A DNA stretch of 41,372 bases from Catajapyx aquilonaris (lineage: Eukaryota). The position numbers were made by a program, and so were the translations under genes. Location: the NCBI GenBank assembly GCA_000934665.2, contig JYFJ02000875.1:62001-103372 (forward strand). Direction: 5' to 3'. The notes under the pieces were generated by a model, which was not told the DNA's origin, ran no database searches, and saw nothing but the letters and a program-made list of their open reading frames with translations. Shown here piece after piece: positions 1 to 13,236 of the stretch. The first letter of the stretch is position 1. Every line of letters begins with the position of its first letter.

Positions 1-2246
1 GTGTATAGTGCGAAAACAGCTCGAGGGGATGGGAGTTATACACTATTCTTTTTCGGTGTGTTTGCCTAGCCCAGTTTCTTTTCTAGCCCATGTAGCTCCT
101 GGGCTGTCCGAAGAGGAAGAAAAACAAAGGCTGGCAAAGGGCTTAGTAACTTTTATTGAGAAACAAGAGCCGGTAACATTCAGCACACACGGCTGGCTGG
201 ACACTCCAGGCAAACAGTCCGGCACAAAGCGTCTCAAGTGTGGACCAGGTCAACGGCCATGATCCTACGGTCGTTGCCCCATCTTGCAAAATGTTTTCGG
301 TGTATTAATGACGCTTACACGGCCTGGGAAGTCCCACAGTTGGCCACCATGTTTTTTTGTGTTGGCAATCCACTTTGTTTTTTACCGCAAGAGGTCGGTG
401 GGTGTATTGCCAATCTCTATTTGTGGCGCCCTCGTTGAAGAAGGCGTCATCTTTGGCGCCATTGTGCGGCCAGGGTGAAATGTGTGAATAGGTTGTCTGC
501 TTCCTTAGTTCTGAATCGCATGTTCCGTCCCAGGAGGGTTAGAGAGCCTCACGAAGCGGTTTCATTCCGTCTCCGAGAAGGAAAACGTTTTCCAATAACG
601 GCGGTTGTTGTGTGTGGTGCAATACCGCGTCCAAGACGATCCTGCGCGCGCATGTGTCAAAATGCGGAGGATCTACTCTACGAAATGTCATCCCAAAATT
701 AGAATTGCGCCTTTTTTGGTCCCGTGGACCCCGTCTCTCCAAATGGGATTGATGTCTTGTGGTGCTCTCCGAATGCTGTTGCGACTGTCATCAACTTACC
801 GAGTGAAAACTGTGCTCCCGAGTGCATCACTTTGTTGCCATCTTGCCTTTCAAACTGGGTTTCAATGGCTGCGTCAAATTCTTTTGGCATGACATTATAA
901 AGTCCGCGCAAGACATGCTAAAGCTTTCAGCCTACAGGGAGTTTTGTCAAAGCTTTTTAGACACCCTACGCCTGGACAGGAAACTCAATACTGCCATCTG
1001 ATGGAGCAATTTTTTAACCTTTCAGGGCCAGTCTAGTCTCGACATGTCGTCGTGGATGGCACGAAACTTGGTAAGTGCCTCTTTTTTAGCAGCATTTTTT
1101 TGTGTATCTGGATGTGACCATAGAATTATGGCCAGTATTTCCTGCCAAGAGTAGAACATCAATTCTCTTCAGGTCAGAGTTAGAAATGGGGGCAATAATT
1201 GCACAGTGTAATGGTCTGAGACGATAGCATTGGCACGATATTTGCTTGCTTGGCAGTTTAAAAAAAAACTGCATCCGTGGAATATGTAGAATCAGCCAAA
1301 TGCATGTTCTGGTAAACCTCAACTTGGTGGGCACCATATCAGGCTTATATACACGCTGGGTCTATCTCCCAGCTGAGTTTGATGGCCCCTACATTTTGGC
1401 TGCTCATCGCGCAATAAATCTGGAAAACAAAGCATCAAATTTTACCGTTTGGATTTTTATGCGGACCATCCTTGAGATGGAAAATGATAACTTCCGCACA
1501 ACAAAATTCGGAGTGCGCCTATTATATTCCCACAAGAACAGTGCAGAGAGCATTGGCGCAAGGCATCATGTGTAATCAGCAGGAAATGGTGCCCATCATA
1601 TAGACTCGGTGCCGCAGCAGTCGGAGGGAACTCCCGAATTATAGGCCAATAAATTTTATCACGAAGAGAATGTTCAGACAACTCAAACCAGAGCGCGATA
1701 TCGTACGGTAGGGGACGGCTCGTGGGGATGGCCGCCTTCACGCAAGTTATAACTTGCCCATGAAGAGTCTAATTACACCCTGGTTGTTTTATCCCTCAGA
1801 ATTTTAACTGTGTAACCGTATATATGCTGAATTGGAATCGGAAGGAGGCAGAATGTGGCTTGACAGAGGGCCACAAGATGGAGCTGCTATATAAATGTGT
1901 TTCCGCAGGTGTCAGGCGCATCTCTCGGATGATGTATTAGGCATGGTGGGTTCCCAGATATCTCAGGGTTGAGGGCATGGAATGGAGAATATAACAGCGA
2001 AGCAGTTTTCAGATTAAATATTTAGTGCAGGAGCGTTCAAGGCTTCTACAGTATCGGTGCCGGTAACGAATTTATAGTCAGATAACGTCCATTTTGTTGA
2101 AAGTCTATAATATGCTAAAACAGAAAATTACGTTCACTAACTTATAAATACATTAATTTTACTTTCTGGATGTGTTGGATTGCCATTTTACAATACGTAT
2201 TCTTGTGACAGCAGCATATGCATTTTTCTTGCACTATATAATATAT

Positions 2247-2459
2247 CAGGGTGTTCCAAATTCGTGGGTCGTTTTTTGTAACTGATATCGGCCGAAAGTA
2301 GTTATTTTTTGCAGCTTGTTGTGCCACAATCCAGGTTCCCCGTTACTCCCAGCGGTCCCAGGGGGTCGAATATAGCAGTTGCTATAGAATGAGGCACCTG
2401 GTTATTGGCACAACACGCTACAAAAATAACTGCTATCGGGACAAATTTGGAACACCTTG
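2247..2459. mobile_element. Tc1/mariner-type MITE (213 bp)
   Basis: TIRs CAGGGTGTTCCAAATT / AATTTGGAACACCTTG match at 15/16. The right flank is TA and the left flank is an ATATAT run. There is a second internal inverted pair, GTTATTTTTTGCAGCTTGTTGTGCCA / TGGCACAACACGCTACAAAAATAAC. Confidence 0.8.
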
Positions 2460-4060
2460 TATTCATTTCATAGGCATAGAAAACACAAGTACCGGTATTT
2501 TTAAACGTAAGAGAGTTATCGGATGTTTTTTGTGCTGGTATGTAAACTAACGACAACATTACCATTTATGCAAACCAAAGCATAGAGGGCATATGCAAAA
2601 ATGTGCAGGTGTATAATTACACATATCTGAATGCTTCCGGTCAAAAATTAAATATGGAAAATACTGTAGTGCATCGTCACATTAATGCGATAGCCCGCAT
2701 ATCCCTGCCTGCCTGTAATTTTCCCGACATTTGAAAGAATGCAGCAATGGGTTATCTTTATCACAAACGTTCCCAGGTAGTACAAAGGTACGTAAATTCT
2801 GAGTCAATGTTGACATAACAGTTCCAATAGATTTCTAGGCTGCGACGACTGTAATCACAATATTTTAGGAATAACTTTATTCCTACCTTATTAGCAACTA
2901 GGAGTCTAAAGGACCTAGTAATTAGTCATTCACTATACAAATGCTGCACACGGTGCATGTAAATTCAAATAATTATACATAATAGGCAATTCTGAGCCAC
3001 AGTAACGTTTTGTCAAATCAGTTAATTCCGTCAGTCACACAATAACTTAATACGAGCAGAAATATTTCCTCGCATTTTGAGTCCAATTTTAACAATCGTC
3101 ACGCCGCCTTCGCCTAAACAGCGCCATGTGACGGCACTACCAAAAAAGCGTTCTTCGTCTCCAATTCTGATTAGCGCAGAACGTTTAAAAAGCGTGTGCA
3201 ATGCAGCGGAAAAAATGCCAGTGAATTACAAAAGGCTGGAAGTGCGGATGTAAGCCATTCCGCTCGATTTCCAGTAGGACAATGCGAATTTGTCAGCTTC
3301 CGCATTCCATGCAAAGTAGGGACCCCCCCCCCCCCTCTTCCCCTCTCCACCTCCCTCTTTTCCCCTCCACCCTCTCCTTCACTCGCTCACAGCTCCAATT
3401 CGAAGGAAACGAATCCAAACTGGAAAGACATCTCTACCAACCAGGAACTTTTGTGGACGGATCCTCTCGGAAGGGTACACTCGGATTGGCGTTTTCAGGC
3501 ATCCCATTTCATGCCGTTTCACTTGCGCTCGCCTCACCCCCACCCCACCCCTCTATTTGCACCATAACAATAGCGGTTACGTGATATCATCTAACGGGCC
3601 GCGAATATTGATTACAGAAATGTTATTACTAATAATTAGGCGGTCACTCATTATAAGTACAGTGCTGCATCCAGTGCCATGTATGAATGGGCCTAGGTGT
3701 ATCTGGATTTTTAGGCGTGTATTTTGATATGTAGCTGCTGGATATGATCATTGAAGCTGTGAGCTATTCAAGTTAATTTGGGGATGTCGAACTGAGCCAT
3801 GGATTTAATATGTTTCAAACGTACGTATGTACAATGGTTATCAATTGCGAACATGTGGGAGAGTCCAAAAAAAATGTCAGCTTATTTCTCCGGTTTCATT
3901 CATAGCCTATATATCGAATCACACTGACAGCTTTGTCAGATAATGTCAGCACTAAATGAATTCTCCAAATCAGTTCACGCGAGATTATGATGGGGGATGG
4001 TGATGTAATAATGAGTCATTCGCTAGCTGAATGTCATATGTAAGTTATTACTTAAAATGA

Positions 4061-4180
4061 GGGCCGGTTTTATGAAGCTCTAAGCTGCTGCTAGAATTTC
4101 CAATCCGGCACAGAAAGAAATTTTGCCTTCCTAACTGGTAGTTGCAGTTAATACTTAACACAGCTTCATAAAATCGGTCC
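4061..4180. mobile_element. PIF/Harbinger-type MITE (120 bp), degenerate
   Basis: TIRs GGGCCGGTTTTATGAAGCT / AGCTTCATAAAATCGGTCC match at 17/19. Flanks are TGA / TAA, an imperfect 3-bp TWA-type TSD. Confidence 0.7.
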
Positions 4181-7100
4181 TAAATATTTCATGCCATGGC
4201 CTAAGGCAACGCCTGTTTCCCACCTCCACAGCCTCAGTTCAATTCCCAAATCGTCTGTCGGTGCGTGGTAAAAAGCAGTAATATGTGAACCCTGCATGGG
4301 TGTATGCCGTTACTGCAGCACACGCGACTGATATGATCACATATAGGAAGTTGCAAAAAGATTCCTTTGAGTTCATTATCGCTTAAACGCTAGGTTTGGA
4401 GCTGTATATGGGCTACCCCCTAAAAAAATCATTATTTTTGGTCAATAGACTGAAAGGCGGAATGAGTTTGACATGCCCTCTCTACTTTTAACTGTCAACA
4501 CATGTTAGGCTTTGCAATAAAATCCGCCTTTCAAGCGTCGGAATGTTTTTTGAGCTCTGATCAAATAAGCCTCTCTCAGCATTTTGGGCTGTATTTTTCC
4601 ATAAAGTTGTGCTTCCTTCGCTGCATGTAATCCGCTCATTTTCTTTCACAGACACTGTAATGCTCTAGAATCTCATTCAGATGGGGGGTGGGATGGGAAT
4701 GAGTAAAATAATATTGTGCTACTTGTAACGACTCATGGAGCATCCAGTGTAAAAAAAAATTATCATAGAATTTGAACCTATAGTCCAAAAGCCGACAATG
4801 TTTTCCGAACGCTATGGAGAACCGAATCAAAAAAAATTTCCATCCGAAAAGGTCTTCAGACCCTCCCCATTTTCATTATGACACGCAGTTATAACCCTTG
4901 AAAAAACCCCAGCCAGTGCTCCTGCTATCCCGATTGAATTAGCGAATGTAATCATTTCTATCCTGAAATGCATTATTAGCGCATAATTACCACTTTTTTT
5001 TATACCCCTAGAGCTCAAGCGTCAGTGATCATGTTCACATGATTGGTGGACGGCCAGGGAAGGTTGGAAAGTGATGATAAAAGCTTGGGGGGGAAAGTCT
5101 CCAAAAATGAAGTAGAACCCCCCATATCATTTCCTTTGATTCGCCAACTCTTTTTTTTTTGTCTGCAAAATAGCCCTCAAATTATTGCTCTGCATTTTGT
5201 AGACTCGCGGACCTGAGCTTCAAAATGGGTCACATTATGTTATTCTTTCTAGCCATGCATGAACGTTCAGTAGGTGGGTACGAAATTAAGCCTTTTAATT
5301 ATTGTTATATGCGAGACATATATTCTGGCAAGCAACTGATGAGAAAGCTGGTTACCTCATGTGAAATTAGTTTACTGGAGTGTAAAAACCGGACGGACGT
5401 GATCATTTGCACTTATACAAAATGTAGGAAACTTTCAGTTTTTGTTTTGCTGAAATTAGTGTGGGCATCCTTGTTTTTGAAACCATCAATATTGTTCTGC
5501 TCCAACGTTTTTCCCCAGGGGCTTTTCCCCTTCTTTTATTTTGTAGCAAAATGGCTCATCCGAAGTGATGCCAGCTGAAACTAATAGCCTTGTCTGAAGA
5601 GTGTATTGAGGCCTCCCTTAGTGCGAAATTGATAGCCACCAAAAAAAAAAATAGAACCGGATTTCGGTACTACAGAATAAACCCTAGTATCATCCTAGCC
5701 AAGCCTTTCTTTTTTTCCCAATTTCAGTCCATTTTCCACGTCGGGGCAACTCAATGGACTCGCACACCACAATCCAATGTTATTCATCTTCCCCTCATCC
5801 CTCTCACCCCCAGCCCCCCCAGCCCCCCCTGTGCTCTCAACCAACCCTGCTCATCTGCATTCCAGGGACAAACCTGGCAGCAGAGCCGGGCTGGAATCCT
5901 TTGTGGAAAAGGAGCCGGGAAATACGAATAAATCATGGAGTGGATCGATGGGTTACTTCACATCATCCGAAGGGGGGCTTATCTCTGGAGGAAAAGGCAG
6001 GTTTTCAGCTGATAAGTGATGGATGGATTTGCTAGCTGAGGGGGGGGGGGGGAATTCATCCCTCGACCCCAACCTTTCCGCAGCAGCATCCCATGCTAGA
6101 GAAGGATATTAGCAAGTTTAATTATGGACCAATAGAGGACCAGAATGAGAAAAGGGGGAGATGAAAGTGCCTGCTGATAGGTAGAGAAGTGAGCGAATTG
6201 GCTCAGTCCACCTGTTGTCCAACTGTGGCGGTTTTGAGTCATTTACACCAATCAGTAGCATTATTTCTGCTATATCGCCATTTAGTACAAACGATTCAAA
6301 ATGAGCCAGCAGGCCAGAATTTTCTGTACTTACATCAAATCTGTGCCTTCAATTATCTCAAAATTTATTTTGGACACTGATTTCTTTTGTATGCCCACGA
6401 TGAGTTATTCCCTGTTTGGAACAAAAATAGGCCAGCTACAAGCAAGAATGATGGCATAAATTATTTTATGAAATGTTAATTAGCGGTGGCGGAAGCCCGT
6501 GCGGAATGCGAGGTGTCTCGAGTCGAGTAGGACATCCGGAAAAGGCATCCCGTAATCTGTTGCCGCGCACAGAGCGGTGGCATTATGCAAATGAAAGCGC
6601 GGAGACATTTCTGAATAAATCTGTACGCATTTAGGAAGGAGGCTGTCCTCAACCAGACCTGAGTAGGGGGTGGATGGGGCACATCAGAATCCGCCTTTGA
6701 GAAAGGCTGGAGGAATGAAATCCCAAGGATAGAGTCGACTAGAACAAAGAGTCCGGAGAAATTGGGGGACTCCAGAAGCAAAAACAGCAGGTTTACACGA
6801 GCCGTATTATTGCTCCTTATCTGCAGTATATACAGTGGGAATGAACAGACGGCAGAAGTACAAGAATTTGGGCGGTTCCTCCCCCCTCCCCCCCCCCTAC
6901 CCCAACCTTCCTTTGCCACGGAGAGAAATGCTGTGAAGATGTCTTTCTTTCCCAACGAGATTTCGCTGTTGTGCATTGAAAGCAAACGGATGCCTTTGCT
7001 TCTCATTCTAAATTCAATCTACTCGGAGCTCTAATTCGCCAAATAGCCTCATTACTACTGGTTATCTACGAGCATTGCCCCAGCAGCAGAAGCGGCGGCC

Positions 7101-10100
7101 CAACTTTGCTTTCGCAACTGCTGCTCAAGCTCTCCTTGGACGGAGCCTTAATGAGCCATGTTGAATGGAAGTCGCGCCAGTTTCTCGTCTCCTGGGGCAG
7201 AAATGCTTCTTTCCTATTGTATTTGTCGAAAGGGCCCAGGGAGACGGATGATATTGTGATTCGCTGCACGTTAATACTGCTGCTAATTAAACCGATATGG
7301 TCTTCTTTATCGGAAACAGTCACGCTCCCATGCCTGGTACATTGTCCTGCAATTGCATCCTAGAATTATTTATGCAAGTGCCGGCCTTTGCTTCCCAACT
7401 CTCTCGTCATTTCGCGAGCAGGAATTGCAAATTCACATTTTGGTCTGTGTACATTAAAAAAAAAAGTTTTATGGATAAACCGGTGTGTGTTGTAGAGGGC
7501 GCATATACCGGTATTTGCATCCGAGATGTCTCTCAGCAAAATCTGGTAGCAACCTAGTGATCCCCAATATGCCCCGGACCAATTTAGAAATTGATTTACC
7601 GCGGTCTATACCGCGTGCGTGACTCTATTCATGATGCACCTGCTTACTCGTTAAACCGATAAAGCGATGTAATACGCGTTATCGCATTATCAATGACACT
7701 GCTACTCAAACTGTACATCCGCTGGGTGTGTTCCTACCATATAATTTGCATTCCTCTCCGAGCAGCTGCTGGGAAAGTTTGGTAACGGCTCACAATCTGA
7801 AGTCGACGTAAAGTGTTCCAGAATGGCATGCATTTGTTGCGGATGGAAGTCTGGATTGTCTGCGGCGGTGAAATACTCCGTGGAGCGTAATGGATGACTT
7901 CCGCCTGTGCTTTGTGGCCAGTGCGGGAAATCCAGAAGGTAACGGTCGAACGCGAGCAGAAGCGGCTGCCGGCGGGTTCACGCGGTACGCACATTCGGGG
8001 GCCTCATTGTGGCCACTGGTCTTGTGGTGTGTAATGAATGTTCCAATATATTTCTTACTGGGTCCCCTTTACGTAATGTCACTTAAATCATTGATAGTGC
8101 CTGTGGCGAATCCAGTTTTAGCAACCTGACCTTTGCCGTGCCTATATGAATCGGGGCCTTGTCAAACTCTGCTGCATCACTCGCCCATTGACCCCTGCCG
8201 TTCACATTTTAGGCTGGTTATCCTAGGGCTTTGAGCCTCCCTCTCTTGGTCCGCCTTTTGAAATAGAACAGTCCTGGAGCCCAGGATATATCCTGCTGTA
8301 GGGGAACGTAACCGTCAAACGTGGAACAATGTACCCTCCCGCCACCCGCGCTAATATGTAGGAATTATCACATTAGTGGCTCCCTGCTGATCCCTGCTCC
8401 TCGTATACTGGATGCGCCTAGGCCGCGTCAAATGGTAACAAAGAACGCCGCAATTCAATGAAGCATGTATTATCTGGCTCCTCTGTGCGGTTGTTGCGGA
8501 AGGCTCCCAAGAGTGGCCTACTAAATGGGTCACGATGGTCGAGTTTAGATGCCCTGAGAAACCATCAATGTCCACCTAGATGTGAGTGCCTAAAATACCG
8601 TCACATGCCCACACAAGACAAAGGAGATTTATTTTGTAACAATGTCATGTTGATATCTAAAAGGTAAATTTGCTTGTAAACCAACCTTTACTGATTCAAC
8701 TATGGTCCCATTTAATTGTTGAAAGTCATTGTCACCACATTCTGGTTGAATCCATGAGGTCGTCCTCCGGAAGTTGGCACCGGTCCACGGAACATGTTGC
8801 AGGTTGCATACGCTTGAAGAGTGTCCAGTCGGAAAAGGGGGCGTGGGTATCCCCAGGGTTGAGATATTCCGGGCTGTTACCTTTCATTTGTAGGGGTGAG
8901 CAGAGGAAGAGAAGCTGGGGTGTAATGCAATTAAAAGGGTGTTCCTGGAGCGTCCAAATCCTGGCAGACATCCCGGGAGAGGAAGGTCGGACTGGGCTTT
9001 GGCTCCCACGGCAAGTGTGACGGATGGATCTTCTCCCGCGAACACGCTGCAGGGGATTAGTCCAGATGCTTCTCTCCAGATTTTACACTAGATTTTCATT
9101 TTGTTCCCTGTTCGGATTTTCCAAGAGCTCTTTCCCTTGCCCTCCGCTTCATGGGACCCCTCCTCCCCCCGTCGCCCAGCTTATAATTCCCTGGCGTCTT
9201 GATGGAAACAAAGCCGTAAAGTGCAGGTCCAGTCCGACTCTCATAAGTAACGAGGGCTCCTAAGATCGATTAAGCCAGCCCCTAAGAAAGCATGTTGTGG
9301 CTGTCAAGCACTGTGTTTTCTGGGATGGACCGAGTAATTGCATCGATGTGTATCGCTGGCAGTAAATTCCGCTCACCATGGGCTGTTCAGAATGCTATTG
9401 GCTACAAATCTTTGAGGCAGGACAAATCCTACCGAGGGTCGTAAGGATAAAAGTTGCAGTTAAGGCACTCTGGAAGAAGCATTGATTGCGCATCAAGCTA
9501 AATCCGAGTCAATTAGCCGACATGGCTAGTGGGTGTCATGGAGCTGGAAAAGACCTAAGTCCTTTGATGTAGATTTTCGGATACTTGGTCTGACACTTCC
9601 GACTGTGAGGAGAGGCGTCACGTGCTGTTTGATGTCATTCGGGCGCGACAGAAGGGATGAGACAAATTCAAGGGGGGCCCACCCCTACTGCTAGGCCTAC
9701 TCCCCTTTTAGAACTGTAGTAACAATCAAAAATCCATGGCTAGGTTTGGATTGCAGGAGATAACCTCGTCCAGAGAGTTCAGTTGGAACCTTTGTGAACG
9801 GCAACAAAGGCTCGCCGACAGCTTTGTCTCGCAGATCAACTCCCTCAATGGGAGTTTTATATGGGAATCGGAATCGGAGTATCAGCATCTATCAATGCCC
9901 CAGCATGCTTGGGACAGTAACGAATAGGCATGCCTTTTGGACAAAAGGAACCGGAAGTCCAGGCTGGGGTGGGGGAACTGCAACCCCTGCCTGCACGTGT
10001 CGATTACAAGTGGTCTTTTTTGTTGCACTCGAGTGTTATTTTCTCTTCCCATTATTTTACTTGGCAATCCATCTACGGGGCTTACAAAAGTTCCATTATT

Positions 10101-12540
10101 GTCGTATCGATCTTGTTCAGGAGATAAGATGTCCAAATAGCACAAATGCCGGCTAATAGCCCATGTTTCCTATACACGTAGAATGTGTGAAAGTCACAGT
10201 CACCCTACGCTGCCTTTTGTTGCACTGTAGTCAGCTCACACGCCAGTTAAGCCCAGTCATTTTTGGACAATAATCCCTGAAGAAAAATGACACATTTGGC
10301 GTCTCGTTTACTTCTACATCAGCCAATTTAACAGTTCATTGCACATGAAAACGGTACAAAATTTCTTTGGTGGGTCGAGAAGAGAAGAGCCCTTTATCAG
10401 AACGCTGCATGCTGAATTATGGAAGAAAGCATTCGGTGGGAAAAAAATCATTTGACCCAGTTTCTGGCCAATATTGGAGTAGCCATGGTCCACACTAATG
10501 GACCTCAGGTGTGCAGATGTAAGAAAAGAAAAAAACACGGTCGTGTCAAGAAAACTGGTTAAGTGATCCCTTGGCACAAGGAAGCACCAGGGCATGGAAA
10601 GCTGGAAGGCATCCAGGAGGTCACTTGAGTTTTGTGCCGTCGCACTTGGAGATGTTTTCCGCGGTTATTCACCTCGGCGAAGAAATCAATTCTCGAGAGG
10701 GCTCGTAATCGCTCCCTCTTATTAGCGCTGTTCTTTACATTTTGTTTGCTGAACTGTACAATGGCTATTTTAGTGCTTGAAGAGTTCTAGATTGGGTTGG
10801 GGATAGGGAGAGCTACCGGCTATCAAATTGACAGACGGTAAACTGTATGTGGTTAGCGGGTATGATATTGTAGCTTGTGGTGCTGAGAAATAAATAAATA
10901 AATAAAATAGTGCAAGTGTAATGAGAATACTGTGAGATCATTGGAAGTGTAATCTTAATTGATTTTCAGCAGTATGTAAGTCAGACGGTTGTGTAACGCT
11001 TTCCTGCTTCCGGTTAAGAATATTGAGCATGTCGAAATGTGCACTTACAGTAATTTTCATAGCTACTCTCGTCATATCCGACAAAAGCAAAAATGTCTCA
11101 TCTTCACCACTGAATAGTAATAACTCATCCATATTGCAGGCGTGTAAAATTATAAAGCTACGAGTGTGACAAGCCACCACCAAGTCCTCGACTGTAAATC
11201 CAGGTCAGATCCATTCGAGACGCAAACATTTCCAGGCTTTCTGAAATGACAAACACCTACCAGCATTTCACGTCTTAAAAAGCCCCTTCCGACAACGTCT
11301 CATAGCGGAATCATTTCTGGAGAAAGAATTTGCCTGTCACATCCTCCATGGAAAATGGCGATAATCTGGAATAAGTGTCCGATATTCTCCCTCCCACGAA
11401 AAGAAAATTTCGAACCGTCTTACACCAAGCACAAATCTAGATCATCAGCTCTTCCAAAGATGAGAGGGAACTGCATTTACATTCGAGGCGTCCTATACAT
11501 TAATGAACTGCTTGGATTCCGACCGACTTTGAGCATTTTAAAGTCTGAATGGAACGTCATTAGCTTAATGGATTTCAAGCTCTCGATCTCATTCCTAAAC
11601 TTTAGGCCTACCTCGCTTTGCATCTTCCTAAGGAAAAGTAACTCTTTCCCCCTCCCCCTCAAAATTCCCAAGTGGGAGCCGAACTGCCTTTTATTCTTCC
11701 AAGATGAGTCTTTAAGATGATCGCATAATGCCAGGGCGAGGACCAAAAGCGTCACCGCAAATACCTTCTCCTATGAACAAAAACAGCGTGTCCCTTCCAA
11801 TAGTGATGTGGACTTTCCATCTGCAAATGAATCTTTAGAAAACCCCCCTCTGGCAAGTATTTCATGCGTTCACTAATTCGTCCAACCCAGCTTGAATATC
11901 ACGACAGGGGGACTTGTAATTTATTAAGGGAAAAGCGCGGACAGGTCATTGCAAGTCACTGACATTTGCTGCATTTACTTCCCATTGATCCGTTTGCATG
12001 CGAAAGGTTAACTCATGCCGACGGAATAACTTTCATTGACATGTTGACAAAACTGTAATCCTTTCATTATGCGATTGAGTTCATGCGCGTACCTTTGCTC
12101 CTAGGAATTAGTAGGACCGCTAACTGATACACACACAAAAGTACCTAAATTTTCCGGGTGCATACAACTCATTCAGTTGAGATCTGGACACCGTCTAGCT
12201 GATTTTCTGCTCCGGCTACTTTTTCATTTCACACATTTGCACGAACGTGATCAAAACAAATGCGAAACTAGTTCCCAGCCTAATTAAATGTCCCTTTTTG
12301 CAAAAAGTCAACAAGTTAAAACGCAGTCGCTGTGCCCTAACCTTGCGGTTGGGACCGTATGTGAACCGGTGTCATTGGTCCTGTCGCCATGTGGTATTGA
12401 CGTGCACTGAAAAGTTCAGATATTTTTAAAAATCAGCCACACACAGGGTCACAGACTTACACCGACTATAAAAGCTAATGATACGTAGACCGTGAGTAAG
12501 TGTGATGACCCTTGGACGTGTCCTCCTTTTTCCGGATTAA

Positions 12541-12790
12541 AGTACAACACCCCCAAGTTTCCAACATTGAACTAAAATGCGCCCACCTCTTGTACACTCT
12601 CTAGGAAATGAACAAAATTTTGGGCATTGAAATTCAGAGAAGGTTGGACTATCGATCTATTTTTTGCGCCCCATGCGCTAAGCCAAAGTTCATGATGATT
12701 AATGATTATAACCCTGAGAATTATACTGCGAAGGCTAAGTGAGACACCCCTATCGGCCACTATAAAAAAAAACCTCGAGGTGAATGTACT
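12541..12790. mobile_element. Possible old Kolobok-like MITE
   Basis: TTAA|AGTACAACACCCC on the left and GAGGTGAATGTACT|TGTAA on the right. Only 6 bp of the TIR are perfect and the right TSD is degenerate. Confidence 0.3.
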
Positions 12791-13175
12791 TGTAATTAAG
12801 TCAGACTGTACGTGTTACAGTATCAGCAAATAGCATGTGGGCATATCCAAGTTATAATTATTTGACACCGTTTGTACGCCATTTGGGTATCTGGGGTAGT
12901 GGCCCCCCTCCCTTTATACTCAGCAATTATCTTGCACTACGCCTGATAAACCATCTAAAGGGGGTTGGTAGTATTAAGCTAGCATTGTTCACAAATTTCT
13001 CTCCCCCCCCCTTTCCTACCCCCCTCCCCCCACCTCATTCTCGCGTTAACTGCACTCTCCTCCCTGGGTTATAAGTGGCTGATCTGCTGATTAGCCCGAT
13101 TAGGAGTAGTCCTTTGCAAAAGGGAGAGGAATGCAATTCACTTCCTGCAATTTTACGTGGTAAACACGCACTTAC

Positions 13176-13236
13176 CTGACACCAGCACAACAATGGAGAT
13201 GAGCGTAACGGCCGCAGACACCCGTAACTCTCCCAT
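13176..13236 (-). CDS. First coding exon (signal peptide) of an unidentified secreted or cell-surface protein; partial gene
   Basis: The minus strand reads GCGACC-ATG-GGA GAG TTA CGG GTG TCT GCG GCC GTT ACG CTC ATC TCC ATT GTT GTG CTG GTG TCA G|GTAAGT. It has a strong Kozak context (ACCATGG) and 20 codons (MGELRVSAAVTLISIVVLVS: a basic residue then a hydrophobic core) plus 1 nt. A consensus donor follows (phase-1 intron), which is the usual layout of a signal-peptide exon. It is too short for the ORF track, and the downstream exons were not identified. Confidence 0.8.

Noticed and set aside
1014..1050. piggyBac-like left end TTAA|CCTTTCAGGGCC, with an 11-bp inverted match near 37529
   Set aside because: There is no nearby partner end, and the distant match is too short to define an element.
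1300..1430. Candidate exon 2 acceptors on the minus strand (TTTTCCAG near 1420, also near 5575 and 11240)
   Set aside because: Phase-1 translations reach stops within about 30 codons without a good donor or recognisable domain.
4451..4533. 11-bp inverted repeat TGAAAGGCGGA / TCCGCCTTTCA
   Set aside because: Short, with no TSD, and could be chance.
10927..10975. bantam-like microRNA (TGAGATCATT) hairpin
   Set aside because: Only the seed region matches, the hairpin is short and bulged, and the seed sits on the 5' arm whereas bantam is a 3' arm product.
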